DNA from: Myxococcota bacterium
GTDB lineage: Bacteria; Myxococcota_A; Polyangia; Polyangiales; Sandaracinaceae
Reading direction: 5' to 3'
Assembly (NCBI GenBank): GCA_036149055.1
Contig: JAYZQJ010000009.1
Coordinates: 1-64,000, forward strand
DNA length: 64,000 nt
A model generated the notes under the pieces. The model had not been told where the DNA came from. It did not search any database and saw only the letters and a program-made list of their open reading frames with translations. Shown here one piece after another: positions 30,013-39,183 of this stretch; positions within the stretch are counted from its first letter, which is position 1, and each line of letters begins with the position of its first letter. A program made the position numbers and the translations under genes.

Positions 30013-30096
30013 GCCCGCGCCGCGATCGCATTCAGCACGGATCCCGTCGCGCGGTGGGCGTCGATTCCGACTCGAGTTGTGTACCCTCCTCGTCGC

Positions 30097-30537
30097 ATGC
30101 AGCGCTCTCCCCTCGAACAGCTTCGCGCCCTTCACGATGGACCGGCGCGGGGCGCCTCCGAGGCCGAGGTGGTCGCGCTCGAGAGAGCGCTGGGCACGCG
30201 CCTGCCCGCGGACTACCGCGCCTTCCTGCTCTGGATGGGGCGTGACACCGAGGGGATGTGGCAGGGCACCGACTGCTTCATCGACGACATCGTCGAGAAC
30301 ACGGAAGGGCTGCCCGAGCTCCTCGCCCTGCATGGTCTCGCTGGCGAGCTGGCGGAGAGGTACGTCTGCGTCCTCATGCACCAGGGCTACATCGCGCTCT
30401 GGTTCGACGTGCCCACGGACAGCGATGACCCGCAGGCCTTCCTGTTCCACGAGGGCCAGACCGAGCGCGGCATCCAGCCGGTCCAGACCGTGATGAAGAT
30501 GTTCCTCGACGACTACGAAGGTCTCTCTCTCGTCTAG
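30097..30537 (+). CDS. SMI1/KNR4 (SUKH) immunity-like protein
   Basis: GASEAEV.ALE..LG.RLP.DYRAFL..MG; HQGY..WF; DDP. Confidence 0.8.
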   Translation: MQRSPLEQLRALHDGPARGASEAEVVALERALGTRLPADYRAFLLWMGRDTEGMWQGTDCFIDDIVENTEGLPELLALHGLAGELAERYVCVLMHQGYIALWFDVPTDSDDPQAFLFHEGQTERGIQPVQTVMKMFLDDYEGLSLV

Positions 30538-30660
30538 TGTCAGAACTGGGCGCCACGTGCACCTATCGCAATCATGCCTGCTAGAGACCCTGGTTTGGGT
30601 CTCGCTCGTGGCGGGCTCGGGTCTCCCCGCAGACCACCAAATGCGGTGCAGTAGGACCCG

Positions 30661-31062
30661 TCATTCCTTTTCGTAGAACGCGAGCTCGGTAACGATCCTC
30701 CGATCCACACCGTCTAGAGAAACTACTCGAGCCACTTGGCGACCATCCTCAGCGAATAGCGGCTGAGGCATTACGCAAAGGACACCTACGGAGACATCCG
30801 CAAGCTGAGATCGCACGGAATCGCTACCACCCATCGCCAAGAGCTCGCCGTCGCATATGGAGTATCGAGCCCAGCTTGCGTCGGCCGAAACCGGTTCGAC
30901 GGTCGTCTGAAGGCACACTACGTGCGCCAACATTGGTTCCGGCGCCTCCGACCAGCTCTCAGCTGCCAGACGCCCGCAAGCGTCCGCTCCGGGAGAGGTG
31001 CCGCTCGCAGTGCAACCAAGGCAGAAGGCCGTCATGGCCAGGGCTGACAAGCGCAGGTTCAT
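30661..31062 (-). CDS. Hypothetical lipoprotein with atypical (AT-richer) codon usage
   Basis: Lipobox CLGC; start codon 11 bp from the G-run of repeat copy 2. Confidence 0.55.
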   Translation of the reverse strand: MNLRLSALAMTAFCLGCTASGTSPGADACGRLAAESWSEAPEPMLAHVVCLQTTVEPVSADASWARYSICDGELLAMGGSDSVRSQLADVSVGVLCVMPQPLFAEDGRQVARVVSLDGVDRRIVTELAFYEKE

Positions 31063-31073
31063 ACAAACGCGGA

Positions 31074-31118
31074 GGGGGACGGAGTGAACTTGTGGACTTA
31101 CGTCAGGCGAATGCCTAC
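31074..31118 (+). repeat. Dispersed ~46-bp site, copy 2
   Basis: GGGGGACGGAGTGAACTTGTGGACTTACGTCAGGCGAATGCCTAC. Confidence 0.95.
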
Positions 31119-31179
31119 GAGCGTCAGTTCCCTCATGACTTGCCTGCCTAGGAGCTCGTCGAACGAGGGCGACCCTTCG

Positions 31180-31674
31180 CTACTCGTAGGTGTGGCTCAC
31201 GAGGAGAGCACCGTTGGAGGCCGGAACGTCCACGCTGAGGATCGCTGAGCCGACGCAACTACGCTGACCCCCCGACAACACTGGGCGCGTCATCAGTGGT
31301 GCTCGCACTCGGCCCGATGCGTCGAATCTCACCTGCACGGTGAGCGGTGCGAACTCGCCGACGCACTCGCCGATGCGGTCCTCCAGCGATGCGAGAATCC
31401 TACTCGCTTCCCGCGCACGCTCGAGAGCGGCCGAGTTGGGGCGCGCGTCGCGAGCTGGAACGCATTGTCCGCCCGAGCATCGATAGGTCAGACGCTCGCT
31501 ACAGCCCGTCGCCTCATAGCCCCCTTGGTAGCCTTCGACGAGGGTGAGCTCTACCTGGTCGCATCCCTGAGTAAACGCAATCCGCCGAGCCGCATCCAGG
31601 ATCGTGAATCGTGACGTGCACGCCGATAGGGCAGGTACCAGCAGCACGAGCAACGTTGTCCAACGAAACGACAT
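31180..31674 (-). CDS. Hypothetical lipoprotein
   Basis: Lipobox LSAC; Cys pattern GC..Y.ATGC...Y.C. Confidence 0.6.
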   Translation of the reverse strand: MSFRWTTLLVLLVPALSACTSRFTILDAARRIAFTQGCDQVELTLVEGYQGGYEATGCSERLTYRCSGGQCVPARDARPNSAALERAREASRILASLEDRIGECVGEFAPLTVQVRFDASGRVRAPLMTRPVLSGGQRSCVGSAILSVDVPASNGALLVSHTYE

Positions 31675-31729
31675 CCTGGAATAGTAGCGCGCCATGGGTT
31701 TCCGGATGAGCTGCGCGTAGAATGCTCAC

Positions 31730-32362
31730 GTGCAGCTCGTCGAAGCGGCCTCGTGGATCGGCGAGATGATCGATGGCTTCGCCTCATCCGACGCTGCGCT
31801 GCTCGTCGGGGTCGCGTCGCAAGATCCCGAGGACGCCGGCGTGCCGCCTGAGATGCAGGTGGGGCCCGTCGACCCGGAAGGGTGGGTCGAGTGGGGCGTC
31901 CGACCTTCGGCCGTCGAGGCGCGAGATCTCGACGCTCTGGAGGCCGATCTCGGCTGCGCCCTGCCGACTCAGCTGAAGGCGTACCTCACGTCTCGGGCCC
32001 ACCTCTTCGAGCAGGTGCACTCCAAGCGGTATGGGCAGCTCATCATGCTACCGCCGCTGCCCACCCGCGAACCGCTCCGTGCCTTTCGCGCCCTGCTCAC
32101 CGGCTGGCTTCCGCTCGTGCGAGCGGGCTATTTGCCTTTCGGCGAGTGGGGAGACGGCTGGGGGCCGATGTGCATCGATCTCGGCGGCGTGAACGCGGAC
32201 GACGGCCCGGTCGTCTGGTTCGACCACGAGCGGCTCATCTCGCTCGGCGAAGACACCTGCGCCCGCCGAGACATCGTCGCTCCCCACTCGATCGAGCTCT
32301 ACCCGAGCTTCGTCGCTTGCCTCCAGGACGTGTTCGGGGTCACGCCATTGGCCGAGCGCTGA
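31730..32362 (+). CDS. SMI1/KNR4 (SUKH) immunity-like protein
   Basis: LEADLG.ALP..LKAYL, GYLPFG...DGWGP.C.D, GPVVWFDHE, YPSF. Confidence 0.75.
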   Translation: MQLVEAASWIGEMIDGFASSDAALLVGVASQDPEDAGVPPEMQVGPVDPEGWVEWGVRPSAVEARDLDALEADLGCALPTQLKAYLTSRAHLFEQVHSKRYGQLIMLPPLPTREPLRAFRALLTGWLPLVRAGYLPFGEWGDGWGPMCIDLGGVNADDGPVVWFDHERLISLGEDTCARRDIVAPHSIELYPSFVACLQDVFGVTPLAER

Positions 32363-32492
32363 GGGTCTCCCCGCGTCGAGGCGGCGCGCGCTCGACCAGG
32401 CTCGCGAGAGCTGAAGCAGCAAACAGACGTCGACTCGGGCGACGACGCGCCCAAGAAGCTCACCCGTCTTCGCGCTCGTATACCTACGCGTC

Positions 32493-33233
32493 TCAGCCGC
32501 TCACGACGATCGGTAGCCGTCGGTCCGCGGCCTCCTCCAACGCCTCGACGAGCAGCTCGAGGTTGGCGAGGATCGCGTCGCGCAGCCCTCCGCCGAATGG
32601 CGGCTCGTCGATCAACGAACCGAGCGGAGCGCCGAAGACCTCTTCGGCGAACCGCTCGAGCTCCGTGCCCAAGGCGTCGATCGAGCCGAGGATGTGATCG
32701 GCGCCCACGAGCGGGTGCGGCAGCGGCGCGTGCACGAACACGGTGGCGATCCCGAGCGAGAGCACCTGGGGATACCGGCCGCCCCCCTCGCTCCAGACCC
32801 GTCGGGTCAGCGCGTCGGAGCTCGCGTTCAGGAGCCGCTCGAGCGAGCCCGGCTCGACGCCGGACGAGAGCGCGGCCGCGATGCCCCGCATCTCGTCGAG
32901 ACCGTCAGGCGCGAGCTTGCCCAGATACCCCTCTTCCTCCTCCCACGCCTCGACGTCATTCGGGTCGGGGAGCTCCTCGCTCCAGGAGACGGGCGCGCCC
33001 GCGGCATCTCCCAGCATCCGCTGAAGTCGCCGGACCGCGGCCTCGGCCGACCTGCGCTGCGCCGCCGTCAGCTCCTCTGGATACTCTGGTCGAGCGTCCG
33101 ATCGGATCACGCGAGGCGGCGCCTGCTCGCCCGGTCGAGCGTAGCTGGCTCGGTCCACGAGGGCGTCCAGCGAGGCGTCATCCAGCCCGGCCCACGCCAT
33201 CGCCAGCGGCTGCACCGAGACGTCGATTCCCAC
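32493..33233 (-). CDS. Hypothetical protein
   Basis: GTG start MGIDV..; acidic globular ORF. Confidence 0.55.
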   Translation of the reverse strand: MGIDVSVQPLAMAWAGLDDASLDALVDRASYARPGEQAPPRVIRSDARPEYPEELTAAQRRSAEAAVRRLQRMLGDAAGAPVSWSEELPDPNDVEAWEEEEGYLGKLAPDGLDEMRGIAAALSSGVEPGSLERLLNASSDALTRRVWSEGGGRYPQVLSLGIATVFVHAPLPHPLVGADHILGSIDALGTELERFAEEVFGAPLGSLIDEPPFGGGLRDAILANLELLVEALEEAADRRLPIVVSG

Positions 33234-33259
33234 TCGACGTGTGTACCATCCTCGTCGGC

Positions 33260-34000
33260 ATGCGGTGTCTTCCTCTCGAACGGCTTCGCTGCAATCGATC
33301 GCTCGTCGTGGTGCTGGCGGGACTCGTAGTCGGCTCGACTGCCATTGGATGTGCTGGCGATGGGCCGCGCCTCCCATCCGCTCCCGAAAGCTCCTCCGAA
33401 CCCGCTCGTACCTCTGAGCGTCCACGGCGCTCGTCCAACGCGAGCCCTCGCGCTGCATCTTCCACGCGTCCCGCTCCCCGCGGCCCCGCGACGGATACAG
33501 AGAGCTCCCGTGCCGTGATCCCACTTCCGGACAGCTTCGGAGCGCCCAGCGGAGGCGCATCCGTGGTCATGACGAGTGCGCCGGAGCGCGACCGGTTGGC
33601 GATGCTCGCCCACGTCCCCGACTTGGTAGATCAGAGCGTTTCGCCGGATCCCCGCGGCGACGACCGGGATTGGAACCCGGCAGTGTTCGCCGGCGGTCAT
33701 GTGCTCCGACGTGGAAGCTGGTGGGTCGATCGCCGGGAACGTACGTATCTCGCCATACCCTTTCGGGGGCGAGCGTGGGGTTGCGGAATCGCGTTCTTCG
33801 AACCTGTCGGGGAGGACGCCGTGACCTTCCTCGGAATCACGCAGCGAATGCCTCCAGGAGAAACCTGTGTCGTTGGAGCCACGGCGGCAGGGACCCTCGT
33901 CGTCGCCACCCGATACTTCGACGCCGCCATCGACCGTGCCCTGTTCCACTCGACGCCGTCGGCCTGGAACGAAGCCACGTACCCCTTGTTCGCTCCGTGA
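33260..34000 (+). CDS. Hypothetical lipoprotein
   Basis: Hydrophobic N-terminus ending AIGC, Ser/Pro linker, globular C-terminus. Confidence 0.5.
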   Translation: MRCLPLERLRCNRSLVVVLAGLVVGSTAIGCAGDGPRLPSAPESSSEPARTSERPRRSSNASPRAASSTRPAPRGPATDTESSRAVIPLPDSFGAPSGGASVVMTSAPERDRLAMLAHVPDLVDQSVSPDPRGDDRDWNPAVFAGGHVLRRGSWWVDRRERTYLAIPFRGRAWGCGIAFFEPVGEDAVTFLGITQRMPPGETCVVGATAAGTLVVATRYFDAAIDRALFHSTPSAWNEATYPLFAP

Positions 34001-34035
34001 GCCTCCCGCAATTACCTACGACACGTCTCCTCCGG

Positions 34036-34067
34036 GCTGTTGCGATATCGAGCGAGATCGCAACAGC
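34036..34067. terminator. Intergenic hairpin, probable terminator or operator
   Basis: GCTGTTGCGAT...ATCGCAACAGC 11-bp stem. Confidence 0.5.
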
Positions 34068-34129
34068 GTTTGCATCGAGGTCAGCGCTTGATACTGTCGC
34101 CCCAGAAACGCGAGTGAAGGGGGGAAGCG

Positions 34130-34957
34130 ATGAAGAGACTTGCTCTTCTGTGGGTGGTGAGCGTGGGCGTCATGGCTTGCGACGGCGAGGAGCCCATGGC
34201 GGCCGACGCGGGGATCGGCACCGACGCTGGTCCGATGGAGGCACGCGATGCGGGAGGCTCGGAGGACTCCGGGATGGCCGAGGCGGACGCGAGCATCGAC
34301 GACGCGGGGACGACGGACGCCGGGATGGCGGATGCGGGGCTCGTCGACCCCTGCGGCGACGGTGTCGTCCAGGAGGACGCCGGCGAGCTTTGCGACGATG
34401 GGAACGACGTCGACACGGACGGTTGCCTGAGCAGCTGCCGCTTCGCGTCCTGCGGCGACGCGATCCCTCAGACGGGTGTTCCGCAGTTCTCTCTCTTCGA
34501 AGACTTCGAAGACGGCACGTTCCCCACGGGGACCACGTTCGGCGTGGATGGCGAATGGTCGATCGAAGCGGATCCCGTCGGTGGGAGCATGGCCGGCCAC
34601 GTCGTGCCCCCGGGGACCGGAAGCCGACTGATGGTCATCCCGTTCGATGCACCGACATCCGGGACTCTCCGGTTCCGCTGGAGTGTGGGTCAGGAGCAGT
34701 TTGCGGTCTCCGTGGATGGTGAGTCCCTCCGCGATCCCTCAGGCGACTGGCGCTGGCAGTTGTGGGAAGTGCCGCTGTCCGCCGGCCCGCACGAGCTCAG
34801 CGTGCACTGCAGGGGAAGCACCGCTGGTGTGTTCCACGTCAGCGGCTGCTGGATTGACAACCTCTGGTTCGTCGCCGACGAGACGGCGGACGAGGCCTGC
34901 GACGACGGGAACGACGACGAAGGAGACGGCTGCACCTCGTCCTGCGAAGCCACATGA
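34130..34957 (+). CDS. Lipoprotein with Myxococcus Cys-rich (DUF4215-like) repeats
   Basis: Lipobox VMAC; CGDG..E.CDDGN...DGC...C motifs at both ends. Confidence 0.8.
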   Translation: MKRLALLWVVSVGVMACDGEEPMAADAGIGTDAGPMEARDAGGSEDSGMAEADASIDDAGTTDAGMADAGLVDPCGDGVVQEDAGELCDDGNDVDTDGCLSSCRFASCGDAIPQTGVPQFSLFEDFEDGTFPTGTTFGVDGEWSIEADPVGGSMAGHVVPPGTGSRLMVIPFDAPTSGTLRFRWSVGQEQFAVSVDGESLRDPSGDWRWQLWEVPLSAGPHELSVHCRGSTAGVFHVSGCWIDNLWFVADETADEACDDGNDDEGDGCTSSCEAT

Positions 34958-35000
34958 GTCGTGTTCGACGTGGGCGCCGGGTGCGGTTGCAGCAACGCGT

Positions 35001-35048
35001 GGGGGGGGACGGAGTGAACTTGTGAGCTTACGTCCGTCAATCGCCTAC
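35001..35048 (+). repeat. Dispersed ~46-bp site, copy 3
   Basis: GGGGGGGGACGGAGTGAACTTGTGAGCTTACGTCCGTCAATCGCCTAC; its terminal CTA is the stop codon of the minus-strand gene 35045-36325. Confidence 0.95.
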
Positions 35049-36325
35049 AACTTGCCTTCGCGCTCGTACTCCAGGTCGCCGACGAGGCGGAAGCGGGCGC
35101 CGACGGGCTCGGCGAGGAGCGGCTTCAGCTCGGGGTAGCGCGCGAGCAGCTCGGGGACGGGGAGCACCACGAAGCCGGGGGCTTCGGGGGACTCGGTGCC
35201 GGAGCTGATCACCCAGCCGCTGTCGTCCCGGCGTCGGGGCTCGTGGCGGTCGACGAAGCGCGCCGGCTCCGCGTCCTCGAGCACCGCGCGGGTGATCAGC
35301 GCGCCCTGCCATCGGTGGGCCATGCGCCGCATCGAGCGCTGCACGCTCTCCGCGCCCACGTCCATCCGCACACGCACCAGCCGACCGTCCGAGTCGACGT
35401 CGCGCACGATGGCGTAGACGCCGTCGCCCCAGCGGTTGTCGAAGCCGCAGACGCGCCGGTCGTTCACCCGGATCTCGCCCGCGCGCGAGGCCTGGCTGCG
35501 CACCTGCCGGTTGATCTGCTCGACGTGGCAGTGCGGACGGTAGTCGACGGCGAGCGCGAGGCCGCGCTCCTCCATCGCCGCCTGGATCGGCGCGGCGTGC
35601 TCGCCCACCTCGTCGACCGGGATGTCCAGCCAGCCGTGCTCGCGCTCGTCGATGCGCGGCGCACCGAACTCCTCCGCGACCGCCGCCGCGTCGCGGCCCC
35701 AGAAGACGTAGTCCGCCTTGCCGTCGAGCGAGCGGCCGGCGTGGAACGCGTCGAGCACGTCGAGGTCGATGCACGCGAGCTGGCCGTGGTCGACCCGCAC
35801 GCCGAAGACGCGCTCGCTCCGCGCCACCGTGGCGTCCGGCTCGACGACGACGTCGATCGAGCGGAAGCGGCCCGCGAATTCTCCGGGCGGCATCGGCACG
35901 CCGACCACCGGCAGCGCTCGATCACGGGGCAGCCCGTCGACCGCCACCGCCCAGCGCCGGTCGAAGAGGAAGTGCCCGATGCCCGGCTTGCGAGCGGTCA
36001 GGGCGCGGCGCGCGCGCTCGGCGTGAGGGACCTGCGCGGGGAGGGCGACCGCGCGGGCGTCGAAGCCCGCGGCCTCCGCGAAGTCGGCGAAGTGCCGCAG
36101 CGCCTCCTCTGCCTCGCGCACGTCGTAGCGCCGCACCGGGTCGTAGCTCCGGTCGTAGGCGATCCCGGCCTCCCGGGCGTCGGGCCCCTCGATCGCGAGA
36201 TCGTGCAGCGGCTCGCGCCGATGCGCCGGCACGCTGCGTCGCTCCCAGTGCCGCGCCAGCCCGAGGTCGAGCAGGATGAGCACCCCGCTCGGGCAGTCGA
36301 CCTCACCGAGGTGCACATCGAACAT
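35045..36325 (-). CDS. Protein with C-terminal DUF2185/Imm33-like domain
   Basis: WGDG.Y motif; C-terminal R.EP...DSGW...GTES....P.L.PLL..PVG. Confidence 0.65.
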   Translation of the reverse strand: MFDVHLGEVDCPSGVLILLDLGLARHWERRSVPAHRREPLHDLAIEGPDAREAGIAYDRSYDPVRRYDVREAEEALRHFADFAEAAGFDARAVALPAQVPHAERARRALTARKPGIGHFLFDRRWAVAVDGLPRDRALPVVGVPMPPGEFAGRFRSIDVVVEPDATVARSERVFGVRVDHGQLACIDLDVLDAFHAGRSLDGKADYVFWGRDAAAVAEEFGAPRIDEREHGWLDIPVDEVGEHAAPIQAAMEERGLALAVDYRPHCHVEQINRQVRSQASRAGEIRVNDRRVCGFDNRWGDGVYAIVRDVDSDGRLVRVRMDVGAESVQRSMRRMAHRWQGALITRAVLEDAEPARFVDRHEPRRRDDSGWVISSGTESPEAPGFVVLPVPELLARYPELKPLLAEPVGARFRLVGDLEYEREGKL

Positions 36326-36364
36326 CGCGCGAGAGTAGCAAGACGTGCGGTACGTTAGCCTCGC

Positions 36365-38116
36365 ATGCGTGCTCGATTCGTGGCGTGGAGCGCGGCTGTC
36401 GCGGTGCTCGCCTCCTGTGGCGCCCCTCCCCGCGGCGTCGTCGACCCGCCGATCTCGCGGCGCGTCGACATCGCACACACGACGCGTGCGCTCTTCTCGC
36501 CGTTCACGGAGCGTCACCCTGGGGACCTCGTGGTGGCGATCTTCGATCCGAGCGCCGTTCGGTTCGTCCCCGTCCGTGCGGTCGCGGATGGCGCGCGCAG
36601 GGTCTATCCGCTCGGATCGCAAGCGAAGCTGGTGGTCGCGCTGACCGCGCTCCAACTTCACGCCGACGGTCGAGTCGACCTCGATCGTGCGCTCGCCGAG
36701 GATGTCCCTGCGGGAGCGGCGGCGCTCACGCTGCGTGAGGTGCTGACCCATCACGGAGGGCTGGTCGCCGAGCCGCCGAGCTGGGAGCCTCCGCGGGGCA
36801 CCTACGGGGTGCCCGATCTCCTGCGCGACCTCGAGGCACATCCGCCCGGTCCGCGGATCTACCGCTACAGCAACTTCGGCTACATGGTGGCGGCGCACGT
36901 GATCGAGCGACGCCTCGGCACTTCCTTTCGCGACGAAGCGGACGCCTATCTGAGCCGCTTCCTCGGGACGACGTCGGGCGCGCTCGGTTTTCAGCTTCCA
37001 GACGCCCTCCCCCGCGCGACGCTCTTCACCGAGCACGGCGAGCCGCCCGAGCCCACCGTCGAGCCCCCTCTGCGGTGGAGTTGCTGCCTGCTCGAAGGAA
37101 ACGTCTCCGGGCTGGCCGCGCTCGGCCAGCGCTTGCTCACCGCGTCGGGACCGGCCGCGCTCGCGCTGACGCCTCACCGGACGCGCCCGGAGGCGCGGGG
37201 ACACGTCGGGATGGGTACCTTCCAGACTCCCGACGGTGCGCTGATCTACAACCAGGGCGCCATGCCGGGCGCCTACTCGGCGCTGGCGCTGGATCTCCGC
37301 GAGCAGCGAGGGGTGGCCCTGGTCTCCGGGACGAACGGCCCGGAGACGGGGGGCCTACTGCTCCGCGCCTTGGCGTTGTTGCGAGTGTTGCGGGGTGACA
37401 GCCCGCCGCCGTTCGCCACGGGCGCGGTGCTCTCCGACTGGGAGATGGCTGCGTCTCCGGACCCACTCGATTGGTGGTCGCTCAGGCCGGACGCTTTCGG
37501 TTTCGACGGTCCCGGGATCCAGGTCCGGGCCCCTCACAACACGACCCTCTGGTTCCGGCGCCCGCTCCCCGCGGCCGGACTCCTCCGCCTGCGCGTCGTG
37601 CCCCTCACCCCGAGCGTCGACGTGAAGGTCGACCTGCTCGCACCGCGGATGGGTCTCGGGGCCTTCGGCGAGGACGACGTGGCCGGCTATCGGTTGATCC
37701 TCGGCGGCTGGAACAACACTCGCAGCGTGCTGGTGGCGCATCCGGACGAAGGCAACGTCGTCTGGGAGCAGCTGCGGGCGCGGTCCCGCTTCGCGCCGGG
37801 CGTGCCGATCGAACTGGAGATCCGCTACGACGCGGAGCGACTCGAGGTGCGCGTCGACCGCGAGCCGTGGTTGGGCCTCGACCGGGTCGACTCGCCGGGC
37901 GAGCCCCGCTTCCTGGGCGTCACGGGTTGGGCCTCGACGGTGCAGGTACAGTCTGTCTCCATCCAACCGGGTCAGGGGTCCGCGCCGACGAGCGCGATCA
38001 CGTCGGTCTCGGACTCGATCACGGCCACCAGGAGCTCGATGCGCTGGAGCTCCAGCTCGACGCGCGTGCGGAAGGTGTCGAGCAGCTCGAAGACGCCCGA
38101 CGCGCCGAGCTGGTAG
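36365..38116 (+). CDS. Serine hydrolase (beta-lactamase fold) with C-terminal beta-sandwich; 3' end overlaps the tolC-like gene
   Basis: GSQAK (SxxK), TLREVLTH.GG, YRYSN (YxN); lipobox LASC. Confidence 0.7.
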   Translation: MRARFVAWSAAVAVLASCGAPPRGVVDPPISRRVDIAHTTRALFSPFTERHPGDLVVAIFDPSAVRFVPVRAVADGARRVYPLGSQAKLVVALTALQLHADGRVDLDRALAEDVPAGAAALTLREVLTHHGGLVAEPPSWEPPRGTYGVPDLLRDLEAHPPGPRIYRYSNFGYMVAAHVIERRLGTSFRDEADAYLSRFLGTTSGALGFQLPDALPRATLFTEHGEPPEPTVEPPLRWSCCLLEGNVSGLAALGQRLLTASGPAALALTPHRTRPEARGHVGMGTFQTPDGALIYNQGAMPGAYSALALDLREQRGVALVSGTNGPETGGLLLRALALLRVLRGDSPPPFATGAVLSDWEMAASPDPLDWWSLRPDAFGFDGPGIQVRAPHNTTLWFRRPLPAAGLLRLRVVPLTPSVDVKVDLLAPRMGLGAFGEDDVAGYRLILGGWNNTRSVLVAHPDEGNVVWEQLRARSRFAPGVPIELEIRYDAERLEVRVDREPWLGLDRVDSPGEPRFLGVTGWASTVQVQSVSIQPGQGSAPTSAITSVSDSITATRSSMRWSSSSTRVRKVSSSSKTPDAPSW

Positions 38117-39183
38117 GACGCCTCGGCCATCTCCTGGATGTCCTCGAGCCGCGCGAGCGCCTCGCCGTCGAAGCGCTCGAGGGCCGCGCGCCGCTCGCGC
38201 GCCACGGCGAGCCGACCGGTGAGCTGCGCCTGCGCCTCTCGCTCGACGGCCCGTCGCGCGTCCACCGCGGCGTCGAGCGCGGCGCGCGCGTGACCGACGG
38301 CCGCGCCCCCGGTGTCGAAGATCGGCAGCGGGATCTCGAGGCCCGCGTAGAGCGAGCCGCTGTCGGGATCGGAGGTGAGGTAGGTCCCGATCCCGAGCCG
38401 GATCTCGGGCACCCGCTCGCGCTCGGCGCGCTCGACGTCGCGCTGCGCCGCGTCCACCCGCAGGCGCATCGCGCGGACCGCGGGGAGCTCCTCGGGCCGG
38501 CGCAGATCGGCGCGCAGCGAGGCGAGGTCACCGGCGGCTCTCGGGGTCCAGCCGGGCTGACCGACGAGCGCGGCGAGGCGGGCTCTCCCCGCGCTCACGT
38601 CGGCCCGCGCGCTCGCGAGCTGCGCGTCGAGCCGGGACAGCTCGAGGGCGACCCGCGCCTGGTCGTAGCGGCTCTGCGCGCCCTCCGCGGCCCGCCCCTC
38701 CACGATGCCGCGCGCCCGCTCGAGCTCGGCCCGCGCCGCCTCGAGCCGGCCGACCCGCTCCTGATCCGCGAGCAGCGCCACGAACGCGCGCCGCGCCTCC
38801 AGCTCGAGCCCGAGCCGCTCGAGATCGAGCTGGGCGTGGAGCGCGCGCGCGTCCCCGGCGGCGGCGTCACGGCGCGCCTCGTGCTGCGCGGCGAAGAGCA
38901 GCGGGAGCTCCACCCACGCGGTGTGCTGCGACCCGTTGATCGCCTGGTCGGTGCCGTCGAAGCGGCCCATGAACTGATAGCCGAGCGACGGGTTCGGGTA
39001 GACGCCCGCGAGGTCGACCTCGGCGTCGGCGACCGCGCCTCGCGACCGGAGCGCGTGCGCGGCCGGGCTGCGTTCGCGGACGAGGCTCACGACCTCGGCC
39101 AGGGTCACCTCCTCCTGGGCGCGCGCTCCGACGCTCGGCGCCGAGAGACACACCACCGCGATCATCGCCATCCAGCGGGTCAT
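37972..39183 (-). CDS. TolC/CzcC-family outer membrane efflux protein
   Basis: Signal peptide, PNP, coiled coils, IPLPIFD, Y.LG...FELLD; downstream of the RND gene. Confidence 0.85.
   Translation of the reverse strand: MTRWMAMIAVVCLSAPSVGARAQEEVTLAEVVSLVRERSPAAHALRSRGAVADAEVDLAGVYPNPSLGYQFMGRFDGTDQAINGSQHTAWVELPLLFAAQHEARRDAAAGDARALHAQLDLERLGLELEARRAFVALLADQERVGRLEAARAELERARGIVEGRAAEGAQSRYDQARVALELSRLDAQLASARADVSAGRARLAALVGQPGWTPRAAGDLASLRADLRRPEELPAVRAMRLRVDAAQRDVERAERERVPEIRLGIGTYLTSDPDSGSLYAGLEIPLPIFDTGGAAVGHARAALDAAVDARRAVEREAQAQLTGRLAVARERRAALERFDGEALARLEDIQEMAEASYQLGASGVFELLDTFRTRVELELQRIELLVAVIESETDVIALVGADP

Noticed and set aside
36365..38116. Calling the serine hydrolase a true beta-lactamase resistance gene
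   Set aside because: Only the fold motifs (SxxK, YxN) are visible; the family is broad and the substrate cannot be inferred.
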